Under the pieces are notes generated by a model. The model saw only the letters and a program-made list of their open reading frames with translations. It ran no database searches and was not told the origin of the DNA. From IMG/VR virus record IMGVR_UViG_3300027772_000010, positions 1-64,000 of that record: a stretch of 64,000 nucleotides of DNA; one strand, written 5' to 3'. The first letter of the stretch is position 1. Each line of letters begins with the position of its first letter. Of this stretch, positions 46,914-56,248 are shown piece by piece. The position numbers and the translations under genes were made by a program. The stretch is from a virus.

Positions 46914-47309
46914 ATGAAAAAATTAATTACATTATGCATGCTTATAATAGCTATGCAATTAAATTCTCAAATGGTTAAGACAAACCATGGTTGGGATTAT
47001 TACTCTAAACTATATTTATTTAAAGAATACGGAGAAAAGGCAATATATTTTTCAAGAGTATCAAAGTTATCATATAATGAGAATGATAATGGTCTAATGA
47101 TAATATACACAGATGGCCAAACAGAAACACTTTATTTAACTCAAGTTGAACCAATATTTACATCAAAAACTGATGCAGGACATAAGTATGATGTACATGA
47201 AATGTTAAATTATACAACATATACTGGATTGTATCTTCAAATTATATTTGCTGAAAAGGTAGTAATGAGGTTATTTTACCCAAATGGATTTAGAGAGTAT
47301 TCATATTAA
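46914..47309 (+). CDS. Secreted/periplasmic protein
   Basis: Signal peptide MKKLITLCMLIIAMQLNS-Q followed by a beta-rich domain. Confidence 0.65.
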   Translation: MKKLITLCMLIIAMQLNSQMVKTNHGWDYYSKLYLFKEYGEKAIYFSRVSKLSYNENDNGLMIIYTDGQTETLYLTQVEPIFTSKTDAGHKYDVHEMLNYTTYTGLYLQIIFAEKVVMRLFYPNGFREYSY

Positions 47310-47332
47310 CTTAACAAATAAAAATTAAACAA

Positions 47333-47683
47333 ATGAAAGATTATTTAAAATTTAAATTACAAGGTGCTGCAGAAGCAATTATAAATCTACATGAAAATTT
47401 AGATCCTAAATTAAATGTAAAAGCCTTTGCTTATTATAATAACTTATCAAAAACAATTGATGTTACACTATATTGGAATAGTGATTATAACATTGATATT
47501 AATGAAGAAGTAGAAATGAGTAAAGATTTTAATGATATTCAAGACTTTAATGAATTTTGTTTTGAAATATGGAATTTTATTGATGAATTAGAAAAGACTA
47601 AATATGATTCAGAGTATTCTCCTAAACAAATTAAAAAAGAATTTGAGGAAGAAATGAAATCAGAGTATTTAAGAGGAAATTAA
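47333..47683 (+). CDS. Early acidic hypothetical protein
   Basis: 116-aa ORF. Confidence 0.6.
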   Translation: MKDYLKFKLQGAAEAIINLHENLDPKLNVKAFAYYNNLSKTIDVTLYWNSDYNIDINEEVEMSKDFNDIQDFNEFCFEIWNFIDELEKTKYDSEYSPKQIKKEFEEEMKSEYLRGN

Positions 47684-47693
47684 TAATAAAGAT

Positions 47694-47879
47694 ATGAATG
47701 AAGCAAAATTAAAAGCAAAAGAATTAGTTGACAAAATGTTACATTGTTATCAAGGTAATATTGATGAATATACTGCTAAACAATGTGCATTAATAGCAGT
47801 TGATGAAATATTAGATGCTTGCAAAACTTATTTATCATCATATTATTTAGAAGTTAAAAAAGAAATAGAAAAATTATAA
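47694..47879 (+). CDS. Small helical phage protein
   Basis: 'KAKELVDK...AKQCALIAVDEIL...YYLEVKKEIEKL', a pattern I recognise from Bacteroidota phages. Confidence 0.65.
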   Translation: MNEAKLKAKELVDKMLHCYQGNIDEYTAKQCALIAVDEILDACKTYLSSYYLEVKKEIEKL

Positions 47880-47882
47880 ATT

Positions 47883-48140
47883 ATGGTACCTAATGAATTA
47901 TTAAATAAAATGTTAAATTTTGCAGAATCTATTACTGACCAATTACAAAAAGCAAAGTTAATTAATGGAGCATACAATACATGGTATTTAAATACTTCTA
48001 AACAAAATCCTTATTCTTATAATGATATAAAAAAAGAAAAAGTTTATTATGATGGTACTACTCCAATTTATTATTGTAAAGAAAATACTGCAATAATAAA
48101 AAAATTAAACACTGCTACAAAAAGAAAGTTAAAACAATAA
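47883..48140 (+). CDS. Early hypothetical protein
   Basis: 85-aa ORF. Confidence 0.55.
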   Translation: MVPNELLNKMLNFAESITDQLQKAKLINGAYNTWYLNTSKQNPYSYNDIKKEKVYYDGTTPIYYCKENTAIIKKLNTATKRKLKQ

Positions 48141-48150
48141 AATAAATTTT

Positions 48151-48342
48151 ATGAATTATATAATTATTAAAAAAATTAAAGATTTAAAATCAAATAAAGA
48201 ATTACCAGTTATTCTTTTAGACACTCATGGAGAAGTATTAGAATATCATACAATTGAAGAAGCTGAAGAAATGAGAGCTAGATTTGAGGTTAATTCAGAT
48301 TCAGGACATGTATACACAATTAAAAAAATTGGCACAATTTAA
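48151..48342 (+). CDS. Early hypothetical protein
   Basis: 63-aa ORF. Confidence 0.6.
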   Translation: MNYIIIKKIKDLKSNKELPVILLDTHGEVLEYHTIEEAEEMRARFEVNSDSGHVYTIKKIGTI

Positions 48343-48348
48343 AAAATT

Positions 48349-48546
48349 ATGGAAATTAACATTAACTTATTAGAAGCTGCATCTGAATTAGCACATGAAG
48401 TTGTATGTGCAAAGTTTAACGATGATGACAATTTAATACACATGGAAGATGCTGATGGTATATATTATACAGAAAAAGCACAAAACTTATTTGACGAATG
48501 GTACGACCATTATTACAATTTATTATTAAACTTAAAAAATAATTAA
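48349..48546 (+). CDS. Early acidic hypothetical protein
   Basis: 65-aa ORF. Confidence 0.6.
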   Translation: MEININLLEAASELAHEVVCAKFNDDDNLIHMEDADGIYYTEKAQNLFDEWYDHYYNLLLNLKNN

Positions 48547-48551
48547 AAATT

Positions 48552-48911
48552 ATGGGAAGATATTATAGTGGAGACATAGAAGGCAAATTTTGGTTTGCTT
48601 TACAAAGTAGTGATGCTGCTAGTAGATTTGGAGGACAACAATTTGAACCATCTTATATAGAATACTATTTTGATGAACAGCATTTAAAAGATGTAGAAGC
48701 TGAAATAAAAATTATAGAAGATTCTTTAGGAGAAAAGAAACAAATTTTAGATAATTTTTTTGATAAGCAAACAGGATATACTGATAAAGATATTACAGAC
48801 CTTGGTATATCTAAAGACGAATTAAAAGAATATGCAGATCTAGGATTAGGCATTAAAATTAGAGATTGTATTAATGCTCAAGGTACTTGTTCTTTTGAAG
48901 CAGAATTATAA
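48552..48911 (+). CDS. Phage hypothetical protein
   Basis: 'MGRYYSGDIEGKFWFALQSS...CSFEAEL'. Confidence 0.7.
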   Translation: MGRYYSGDIEGKFWFALQSSDAASRFGGQQFEPSYIEYYFDEQHLKDVEAEIKIIEDSLGEKKQILDNFFDKQTGYTDKDITDLGISKDELKEYADLGLGIKIRDCINAQGTCSFEAEL

Positions 48912-48931
48912 CAATTAAATAAATTACCAAT

Positions 48932-49123
48932 ATGAACTACAATGAATATTTATTCTCTTGTCTATTAAAAATATATGATAAGAAATTTGAAGAATTAGAA
49001 TATGATTTGCAATATAAAAACATTGGGGAACTTTATTTACAGTTTGCAGAAAGTAAATTTAACATTAATACTAAAAGTGAGTATGAATGTATAATAGACT
49101 ATCTAAAAAACAAAATAAATTAA
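48932..49123 (+). CDS. Early hypothetical protein
   Basis: 63-aa ORF. Confidence 0.55.
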   Translation: MNYNEYLFSCLLKIYDKKFEELEYDLQYKNIGELYLQFAESKFNINTKSEYECIIDYLKNKIN

Positions 49124-49140
49124 ACAACTAAATAAAATTT

Positions 49141-49785
49141 ATGACTTTAAAAAACTTATTAAATAAAACTAATCTTTATTATTATGATAAAGATACTTTA
49201 ACTTTTAAAGTGGGTAAATGGGTATATGTATTATATATTTCAATTATATTTAATTTAATTATTATCGGTAAATTATTAACTAATAACCTTGATATTAACT
49301 TTAAATATATTTCTACAGTAAAAATATTACAAACAAAAAACCAAATTATCCAACATTTAGAAGTTAAAGATCAAGACACTGCAATTGAGTGGAAAGATTT
49401 TAGAAAAAGCTTACCTTTAACTATGTCTAAGCAAGAAGAAAATAAATTACATTCTTTATATTTTAAATATAAAGATTTAATTAATTCTCACCATTGTCCA
49501 CATAACTTATTATGGTATATTGCATTCAAAGAATCAAGATTAAATTTAAATGCTAAAAATTCTAGTTCTTCAGCTCAGGGTATGTTTCAGTTTATAAATG
49601 GAACTTGGAATGTTATGTGTAAGAAAGGAGGAATGGATATATCTGGTAGGTTTAATGAAGCTAAACAAGTGAAGGTAATGTGCATTTATCTTGATTTTTT
49701 ATTCGAAAAATATAAAAATTGGCAATTAGTACATAAAGAATACACAGGTGGAGTTATACATTATAAACTACCTTATTACAAATAA
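49141..49785 (+). CDS. Membrane-anchored SLT-type lytic transglycosylase
   Basis: TM segment near the N-terminus; 'KESRLNLNAKNSSSSAQGMFQFINGTW'. Confidence 0.8.
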   Translation: MTLKNLLNKTNLYYYDKDTLTFKVGKWVYVLYISIIFNLIIIGKLLTNNLDINFKYISTVKILQTKNQIIQHLEVKDQDTAIEWKDFRKSLPLTMSKQEENKLHSLYFKYKDLINSHHCPHNLLWYIAFKESRLNLNAKNSSSSAQGMFQFINGTWNVMCKKGGMDISGRFNEAKQVKVMCIYLDFLFEKYKNWQLVHKEYTGGVIHYKLPYYK

Positions 49786-49821
49786 ATAAATTAACTATTA
49801 ACAAATTAAATTATTAACATT

Positions 49822-50040
49822 ATGCATTACTATTCAGAAAAATTAAAAAAAGACATTAGCTGTAAAGAAATTTTATCTTATGCAGATACTTATAGAGTTG
49901 GTTATGTAAAAGCCAAGTATGAGTTAAAAGTAAAAGAAGTTCCTACAATTAAACCAAAAAAAACTATTAGACATTTTTCTAAAAATGATATGTTATTATT
50001 GGCATTATATGGATTAAATATCTTAAAACTAGAAATTTAA
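49822..50040 (+). CDS. Hypothetical protein
   Basis: 72-aa ORF. Confidence 0.55.
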   Translation: MHYYSEKLKKDISCKEILSYADTYRVGYVKAKYELKVKEVPTIKPKKTIRHFSKNDMLLLALYGLNILKLEI

Positions 50041-50042
50041 TT

Positions 50043-50357
50043 ATGTATTATCTTGTAGAACTTTTTAACAATCAATCATTAAATAGACTTGTTAAAATAA
50101 AAACAAGTATAGATTTAATGGATTATATTAGCGAAGCAGATAAAGTAGTGGTGTTTTCTACAGTTATTTGCCCAAAAATCTTTGGCATATCTATACAAAC
50201 TAAATCTGAAAAAGATTCTTTAATATTTGCAAAATTATTAGAATATGCTTCAAAGAAAAATAACAAATCAAATGATATTATCGTGGATTTATTAATTAAA
50301 ATTCATTATAATAAATTTTTACAAATCACAGAAAAAATAAATAATACAAATGCTTAA
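50043..50357 (+). CDS. Hypothetical protein
   Basis: 104-aa ORF. Confidence 0.55.
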   Translation: MYYLVELFNNQSLNRLVKIKTSIDLMDYISEADKVVVFSTVICPKIFGISIQTKSEKDSLIFAKLLEYASKKNNKSNDIIVDLLIKIHYNKFLQITEKINNTNA

Positions 50358-50556
50358 TTACTTTACAATAAAACCGTTTTTTATTAAAAATAATAAGGGA
50401 TCTTTAGAAGAAATTACTAAAGGAACTTATTTATTACAAGAAGACTTTGAACAATTAAAAAGAGAATTATCATTCTATAAAGAAAGTTTTGAGAGATTAA
50501 ACTCTGAATTAGATGAATGTAAAATAATCTCTGATTTATTAACTGCTAAGCTTTAA
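50350..50556 (+). CDS. Hypothetical coiled-coil protein
   Basis: 68-aa ORF coupled to the helicase gene. Confidence 0.5.
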   Translation: MLNYFTIKPFFIKNNKGSLEEITKGTYLLQEDFEQLKRELSFYKESFERLNSELDECKIISDLLTAKL

Positions 50557-51596
50557 TGATAGATAATATTCAACAACAAGCAATTCAAGCCCACATATTA
50601 AACAATTGTAAATCTATTATTGGATTGTCTGTTGGTATGGGTAAGACAAAAATTGCAATAGATAGAATTTTTAGCATAAGGGAAACAAACCCTTGTGCTA
50701 AAATTTTATTTACAGGTGCCAGAGAAATTTATTCTACAAACTTTTTATCAGAATTAACAAAATGGAATTGTAGTAAAGAAAATATAGATATGATATGTAA
50801 TAAGTCTTTACATAATTATATAAAACACTATGATTTAATTATTTATGATGAAGCCCACAAAGAAACAACTAAAGTTTATTATGAATTATTAAAACTTATA
50901 AAAATTAATTCTAATATTGAAGTTATTGGATTAACTGGAACACCATTATTAAACCATCCTATTTATAATATTTTACCTATTTCTTATAAATATTTAATGC
51001 ATGATGCTATTGAAGAAAAAATGTTAAATAATTTTGAAATGTATATTTTAAAGTATGATTTACCTGAAGATGAAAAAGCATTGTATAAATATTATTATAA
51101 GAGGTATTTAAATGCTCCTATGGTTAAACATTATTGTCCAGAATTAAATAAATTAAAGATTTTTTTAAATAATTTAAAAAGTAAAGTTAGTATAACAAAT
51201 CAAATTATTGATAAAGAATTACAAGATAAAAAAATATTAATTTATGCTGGATCTATAGAGCAAAGTAATTTATTTAATTTTCCTGTATATAATTCTTCTC
51301 TAGATAAAGAAGAGAAAATTAAAATATATGATAATTTTTATAAATCAAAAAAAGAAAAGTTAGTAAATGTAGGTATTTTAAAAGAATCTGTTAGTATTCC
51401 TCATTTAAAATGTGGGTTTGTATTAGGAATAGATAGTTCAACTTCTTCTAAGCAACAACTAATAGGTAGATTTTTAAGACTAACTGTAGATGATTTATCA
51501 AAAATTTTTTTTATTGTAGCAAAAGATACAGTAGAAGAAAAGTGGGTACTAAATGGTATGGAAAATTTTAAACAAATAAAAATAATTAATATTTAA
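50556..51596 (+). CDS. Superfamily 2 (DEAH) helicase
   Basis: 'SVGMGKT', 'DEAH', 'GLTGT', 'QQLIGRFLR'. Confidence 0.85.
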   Translation: MIDNIQQQAIQAHILNNCKSIIGLSVGMGKTKIAIDRIFSIRETNPCAKILFTGAREIYSTNFLSELTKWNCSKENIDMICNKSLHNYIKHYDLIIYDEAHKETTKVYYELLKLIKINSNIEVIGLTGTPLLNHPIYNILPISYKYLMHDAIEEKMLNNFEMYILKYDLPEDEKALYKYYYKRYLNAPMVKHYCPELNKLKIFLNNLKSKVSITNQIIDKELQDKKILIYAGSIEQSNLFNFPVYNSSLDKEEKIKIYDNFYKSKKEKLVNVGILKESVSIPHLKCGFVLGIDSSTSSKQQLIGRFLRLTVDDLSKIFFIVAKDTVEEKWVLNGMENFKQIKIINI

Positions 51597-51598
51597 TT

Positions 51599-52474
51599 AT
51601 GACAACATTTAACAAAGAAACATCTAGATTAAGTTATTCTTCTTTAACTAGATTAATAAAAGAAGGTAAAGATTCTTTTCTAAATCCTGTTTATAGAAAA
51701 TCTAATGCTTTAGAAAAAGGAACAGTTATAGACAAAACAGTATTTAAAGAAGAATTTACAGAATTAATATTAGATATATTAATTCCTAAACCTCAACCAA
51801 AGTCTATTATAGATTACATTATTGATAATAAAAAAGAGTTTGACTTAGTTTCTGTAGAAGAAGCAAGCCAAGCAATGGAAGTTAAGTCTAAGAATTATCA
51901 AAAAATGTTAGATACAATCTTAGAATACCAAGATTATATAGAATATTATAAAGATCCAAAAAATAAATTGTTAAAAACAAACTATGATTTAGGTCAAGAA
52001 ATTGGAAATTATTTATTAAAAGATGAACAAGCTTTATATTTATTTTCTAGTGGCCAAGCTCAATTTGAATATAGTTTTAAATATAGAGACTTTAACATAT
52101 TTATTAAATTAGATTATTTAAGAATAGATCATGTTAATAAAGAAATAATTGTAACAGATTTAAAATCTAGTAGTTATCCTCCAAAGTTTCCTGATAGTGT
52201 TAAAAAATATTTTTATCACTTACAAGGTAAACTCTATTTAATGGGTATAGAAGATTTTATGGAAAAAAATAATTATAGTAACTATACTTTAAGGCCTTTT
52301 CATTGGGTGGTATGTAATTCACTAAAAGTTGATGAACCACTTATTTATCCTTTATCATATCGTGATGAAATAGAGGGTAAAGTATTAATTGATGATGCCT
52401 TAGATTTAATTGAAAAATATATTAAAAATGAATGGAAAGATATTGAAGTATCCCCAGAAGCCCCAATTTTTTAA
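51599..52474 (+). CDS. PD-(D/E)xK exonuclease (RecE/DUF3799-like)
   Basis: 'LSYSSL', 'KLDYLRID', 'TDLKSS', 'YHLQGKLY'. Confidence 0.75.
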   Translation: MTTFNKETSRLSYSSLTRLIKEGKDSFLNPVYRKSNALEKGTVIDKTVFKEEFTELILDILIPKPQPKSIIDYIIDNKKEFDLVSVEEASQAMEVKSKNYQKMLDTILEYQDYIEYYKDPKNKLLKTNYDLGQEIGNYLLKDEQALYLFSSGQAQFEYSFKYRDFNIFIKLDYLRIDHVNKEIIVTDLKSSSYPPKFPDSVKKYFYHLQGKLYLMGIEDFMEKNNYSNYTLRPFHWVVCNSLKVDEPLIYPLSYRDEIEGKVLIDDALDLIEKYIKNEWKDIEVSPEAPIF

Positions 52475-53066
52475 AGAATTAGAAGAGTTAAAAATGACTC
52501 AGACTTCTTTATTTTTATTAAATCATATAAGTATCTTTAAAAAAATAGCTAATAATTTGTCTATTTTAACATATTTTCATACTGAAAATTTAATTAATTC
52601 TTATTTATTTAATAAAGAGATTGAATATAATTACTCTAGTAATGTTATTTATTTAGTATTTAAAAAAGATGTAAAATATAATAATAATATTCTTTATAAT
52701 AAAAAGAAATTAACTATTTTAGAGGTCTTAGAAGAAATACCAGAAACTATTGATTATTATGAAGATGATATTGCGCATGTGTTTACTATTAAACCTGATA
52801 ATGAAGACTTTGATAATCATATACAATTATTAAAAAAAGGATTATATTTAAATATGTCATTATTAACTTCTGTAGATACTGTTAGTGCATTTGTAAATAA
52901 ATTAATTAGTAAGCAAGGTTTATATGAAATAATGCAAGCAGAATTAAATGTAGAAGATATACCTTATCCTTTCTTAAAGCTTTCTAAAGAAAAAGAAACT
53001 TATAGTATAGATAATGCACAAGTAATTGATGCTAAAGATTTTCAAATATTAAAACAATTTATCTAA
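52410..53066 (+). CDS. Hypothetical protein of the replication module
   Basis: ~200-aa ORF between the nuclease and polymerase genes. Confidence 0.6.
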   Translation: MKNILKMNGKILKYPQKPQFFKELEELKMTQTSLFLLNHISIFKKIANNLSILTYFHTENLINSYLFNKEIEYNYSSNVIYLVFKKDVKYNNNILYNKKKLTILEVLEEIPETIDYYEDDIAHVFTIKPDNEDFDNHIQLLKKGLYLNMSLLTSVDTVSAFVNKLISKQGLYEIMQAELNVEDIPYPFLKLSKEKETYSIDNAQVIDAKDFQILKQFI

Positions 53067-55096
53067 TGAATTATATAATAACTAGAAATCAGCAATTTTT
53101 TAAAAAAATAGGTGATTATAATTACTGTTCTTTAGAAGATATGGTTTTGCCTGAAACTATTGCATTAGATACAGAAACTACAGGATTTGATCCATTTACA
53201 GACTCTATATTTTCAATACAAATAGGTACTGGCACTAATAACTATCTTATAGATTTACAAACTCATACAGGCAATATTATTCTTTTACAAGAAGTAATAC
53301 CTTTTATTGAAAACAAAATAATAATATTTCATAATGCAGCATTTGATTTATCTTTCTTTTTTATAAAAAATTATTTTATAAAAAATGTAAGAGATACAAT
53401 GTTAGCTTCTATGATTTATTATAATGGAGATCCTTCTATAAGAAATTCTTTTAAAGAATGTATGAATAGAGAATTAAATATTTATTATGATAAAACTGAA
53501 CAAGGTAATATAGCTACAGTTCAATTATCTCAACCTTCAACTATTGAATATTGTTTTAATGACGTAGATAAACTAATAGACTTACATAATAAATATTTAG
53601 AAAAATTAACAGATTATAATGCTTTAGAAACTTATGTTTTACATTGTAGCCATATAAGAGCTTTAACTTATATTCAATTATGTGGATTGCCTTTATCTAA
53701 AGATGCTTGGCAAAACAAAATGGATATTGACTATAAAAAATATAAAGAAGCTGAATATATAGTTAAAGAATATATTTTTGATAATCTTCCTAAATATAGA
53801 AATTTACAATTAGAATTATTTTCTACTGAAAAAAAAATTAATTGTTTATTATCTTCTTCTCAACAAATGATACCTGTATTTAAAAGTTTAGGTATTAATG
53901 TTGAGATAGATGAAAAAGGAGTTGTTAAAGAAAGTATAGAAAAAAATGTTTTATCTAAATCTAAACATGAATTTGTAAAATTATGGTTAAATTTTAAAGA
54001 AAATGAACATAATGTAACCACTTTTGGTAGTGGTATTTTAAATAAAATACAACCTGATAATAGAGTATATACTAGATTTAATCCTATATTAGATACTGCT
54101 AGAATTTCTTCAAGAAAAGGAGAGATTAACTTTTTGAATTTTCCTGCAACTAAAGAAACAAGAGAATGTTTTATAGCTAATAATGGTTATAAAATTATAG
54201 TAGCAGATTATGCAGGTCAAGAAACAATTGTAGGTGCTGATATTACAGGAGATTTTGCTATGATTGAATCTATTGTAGATAAAAAAGATTTGCATTGTGC
54301 ATTTGCCAGAGTTTTATATCCTGAAATAAAAGATTTAACTGATGCAGAAATTATTAAAGAACATAAAGCTAAAAGAAATGCTTCTAAAGGGCCTAGATTT
54401 TGCTTTCAGTTTGGAGGTACAGGCTATACTTTAGCACTAAATGAAGGCTTACCTATTGAAGAAGGTATGCGAATTGAAAGTTTATTTAAACAATTACATT
54501 CTGGTATTTATGAGTATGGTAATAATAAATTAAAAGAAGCTATTAATAAAGGATATATTGAATATGCTTTAGGTTTCAAACTTAGATTACCTAATTATAA
54601 ATATTTTATAGTTGCACATGCTGATATTTTAAAATTTGATAATAATTTTTGGGAAACTTATAGGTTAGGTAAAGCAGAGTATAAGAATAAAAAAGAAGCA
54701 GACAAAGTATTTGATTATTATGAAGTTAAAAATTATGCTGCTTATGAATTATTTTTAAGTAATAAACATAAGATAAGTGATTACTTTACTTTAAAATCTC
54801 AGTATCTTAGATTATGTTTAAATGCACCAACTCAAGGAACTGCAGCACACCAAACTAAATATGCTACTGTATTGTTATTTAATGAAATAGAAAAAAATAA
54901 TGACTACTGGAATGTTAGAATTGCTAATGTTATTCATGATGAGATTGTCTTGGAAGTAAAAGATTCTTTATGTGATAAATATAAAGTTATTTTAGAACAA
55001 AGCATGATTAATGGAGGTAATTTATTTCTAACTAATCCAGTCTTATTTATGAGTGCAGATGCTAATGTAGCAGAGTCTTGGTACGCTGCTAAATAG
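53066..55096 (+). CDS. polA: Family A DNA polymerase with 3'-5' exonuclease
   Basis: Exo motifs DTETTG, HNAAFD, YCFNDV; 'TARISS'; motif A DYAGQE; motif B RNASKGPRFCFQFGG; motif C IHDE. Confidence 0.93.
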   Translation: MNYIITRNQQFFKKIGDYNYCSLEDMVLPETIALDTETTGFDPFTDSIFSIQIGTGTNNYLIDLQTHTGNIILLQEVIPFIENKIIIFHNAAFDLSFFFIKNYFIKNVRDTMLASMIYYNGDPSIRNSFKECMNRELNIYYDKTEQGNIATVQLSQPSTIEYCFNDVDKLIDLHNKYLEKLTDYNALETYVLHCSHIRALTYIQLCGLPLSKDAWQNKMDIDYKKYKEAEYIVKEYIFDNLPKYRNLQLELFSTEKKINCLLSSSQQMIPVFKSLGINVEIDEKGVVKESIEKNVLSKSKHEFVKLWLNFKENEHNVTTFGSGILNKIQPDNRVYTRFNPILDTARISSRKGEINFLNFPATKETRECFIANNGYKIIVADYAGQETIVGADITGDFAMIESIVDKKDLHCAFARVLYPEIKDLTDAEIIKEHKAKRNASKGPRFCFQFGGTGYTLALNEGLPIEEGMRIESLFKQLHSGIYEYGNNKLKEAINKGYIEYALGFKLRLPNYKYFIVAHADILKFDNNFWETYRLGKAEYKNKKEADKVFDYYEVKNYAAYELFLSNKHKISDYFTLKSQYLRLCLNAPTQGTAAHQTKYATVLLFNEIEKNNDYWNVRIANVIHDEIVLEVKDSLCDKYKVILEQSMINGGNLFLTNPVLFMSADANVAESWYAAK

Positions 55097-55141
55097 TGTA
55101 AAAAAATTAATAACTTTTAAAATAAAAAATATGAGAAACTA

Positions 55142-55528
55142 ATGAGTAATAAACAAAGAAGAAAGGGACATCTATTAGAACAATTAACTGTAAAAGATCT
55201 AAGAGATATTTTCCCAAAAGCAAAGACTTCAAGAAATGCATCTCATTTACTTGATAGTTGTAAAGTAGATTTAGCTTTTTTACCTTTAAATATTCAATGC
55301 AAAATGGGCTATTTAAATAATAGACCTAAATGGGATATTTTAAGGGATGAGAGCAAAGAACTACTAGAAAAAAATTATCCAAAAAATGACTTAATTCATA
55401 AACATCCGTTTATTTTAAGACATAAAATGGGTAGAACAGATATTGCTTCCATGGATTGGAAGTTTTTTTTAGAAATTTATAAATTTTATGTTACAAACAA
55501 CTCAAAGCAATTTGAAGGATACCTCTAA
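55142..55528 (+). CDS. Holliday junction resolvase-like PD-(D/E)xK nuclease
   Basis: 'RRKGHLLEQ', 'KVDL', 'NIQCK'. Confidence 0.7.
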   Translation: MSNKQRRKGHLLEQLTVKDLRDIFPKAKTSRNASHLLDSCKVDLAFLPLNIQCKMGYLNNRPKWDILRDESKELLEKNYPKNDLIHKHPFILRHKMGRTDIASMDWKFFLEIYKFYVTNNSKQFEGYL

Positions 55529-55706
55529 TTTACTTAGAGATAAAAAAAGTAATTTTAGTATGTTACCAGAATTATTTATTTTAGATAAAAAAAATAATAG
55601 AGAAAATGTAAATACATTGATAAACAATTATGAAATTTTTGTATCTTTGTACTCTCAACATTTAGCCAATCTTGAATACAAAAAATTTTGTCAAGAATGT
55701 GAATAA
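55488..55706 (+). CDS. Hypothetical protein
   Basis: 72-aa ORF. Confidence 0.4.
   Translation: MLQTTQSNLKDTSNLLRDKKSNFSMLPELFILDKKNNRENVNTLINNYEIFVSLYSQHLANLEYKKFCQECE
55642..55649 (+). promoter_or_regulatory. Bacteroidota -7 element upstream of the helicase/primase genes
   Basis: TATCTTTG about 100 bp before 55748. Confidence 0.45.
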
Positions 55707-55747
55707 ATGTTATTTAAAATTATTTGAACCCATTGATTAAATTATAA

Positions 55748-56248
55748 ATGATTACAGAAGAAACAGTAGGTAAATTATTAATCAATTATCCTAAATGCAA
55801 ATTTCCAAACCCTTTATTAAGGAATGGATTAATACGATTTATTGATAATAATGAATCAAACACAGATTTATCTAATTTTGAAGTAACAAATTTAGGTTTA
55901 AATGTACTTAATGGAACAAAATATGTAAGTGAAATAACTGATGATTTTGTTGAAAATTATTATGAAAAATTTACTCAAACTATGTTAGGTATTAATAAAG
56001 TATCTTTTAGTCCAAAATCTTTAATTAAGAAAAAACTAGAAGTATTTATTAATAAATATAAAACATCTTTTGATGAAATTTTAAGAGCAGTAGACTTTTA
56101 CCATCAAAACATTAAAGATAATGGAAATCTTGCCTTCTCCCTGGATGCCCAATACTTTATAGAAAAAAATGGTGGAAGCTTACTATTAGATAATATATTA
56201 GAAATGCAAAAAGGAGTGTTTATTAAAAATGATAAATTAGTATTCTAA
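55748..56248 (+). CDS. Putative replication initiator/helicase loader
   Basis: 166 aa, coupled to DnaB; assignment mainly from position. Confidence 0.45.
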   Translation: MITEETVGKLLINYPKCKFPNPLLRNGLIRFIDNNESNTDLSNFEVTNLGLNVLNGTKYVSEITDDFVENYYEKFTQTMLGINKVSFSPKSLIKKKLEVFINKYKTSFDEILRAVDFYHQNIKDNGNLAFSLDAQYFIEKNGGSLLLDNILEMQKGVFIKNDKLVF

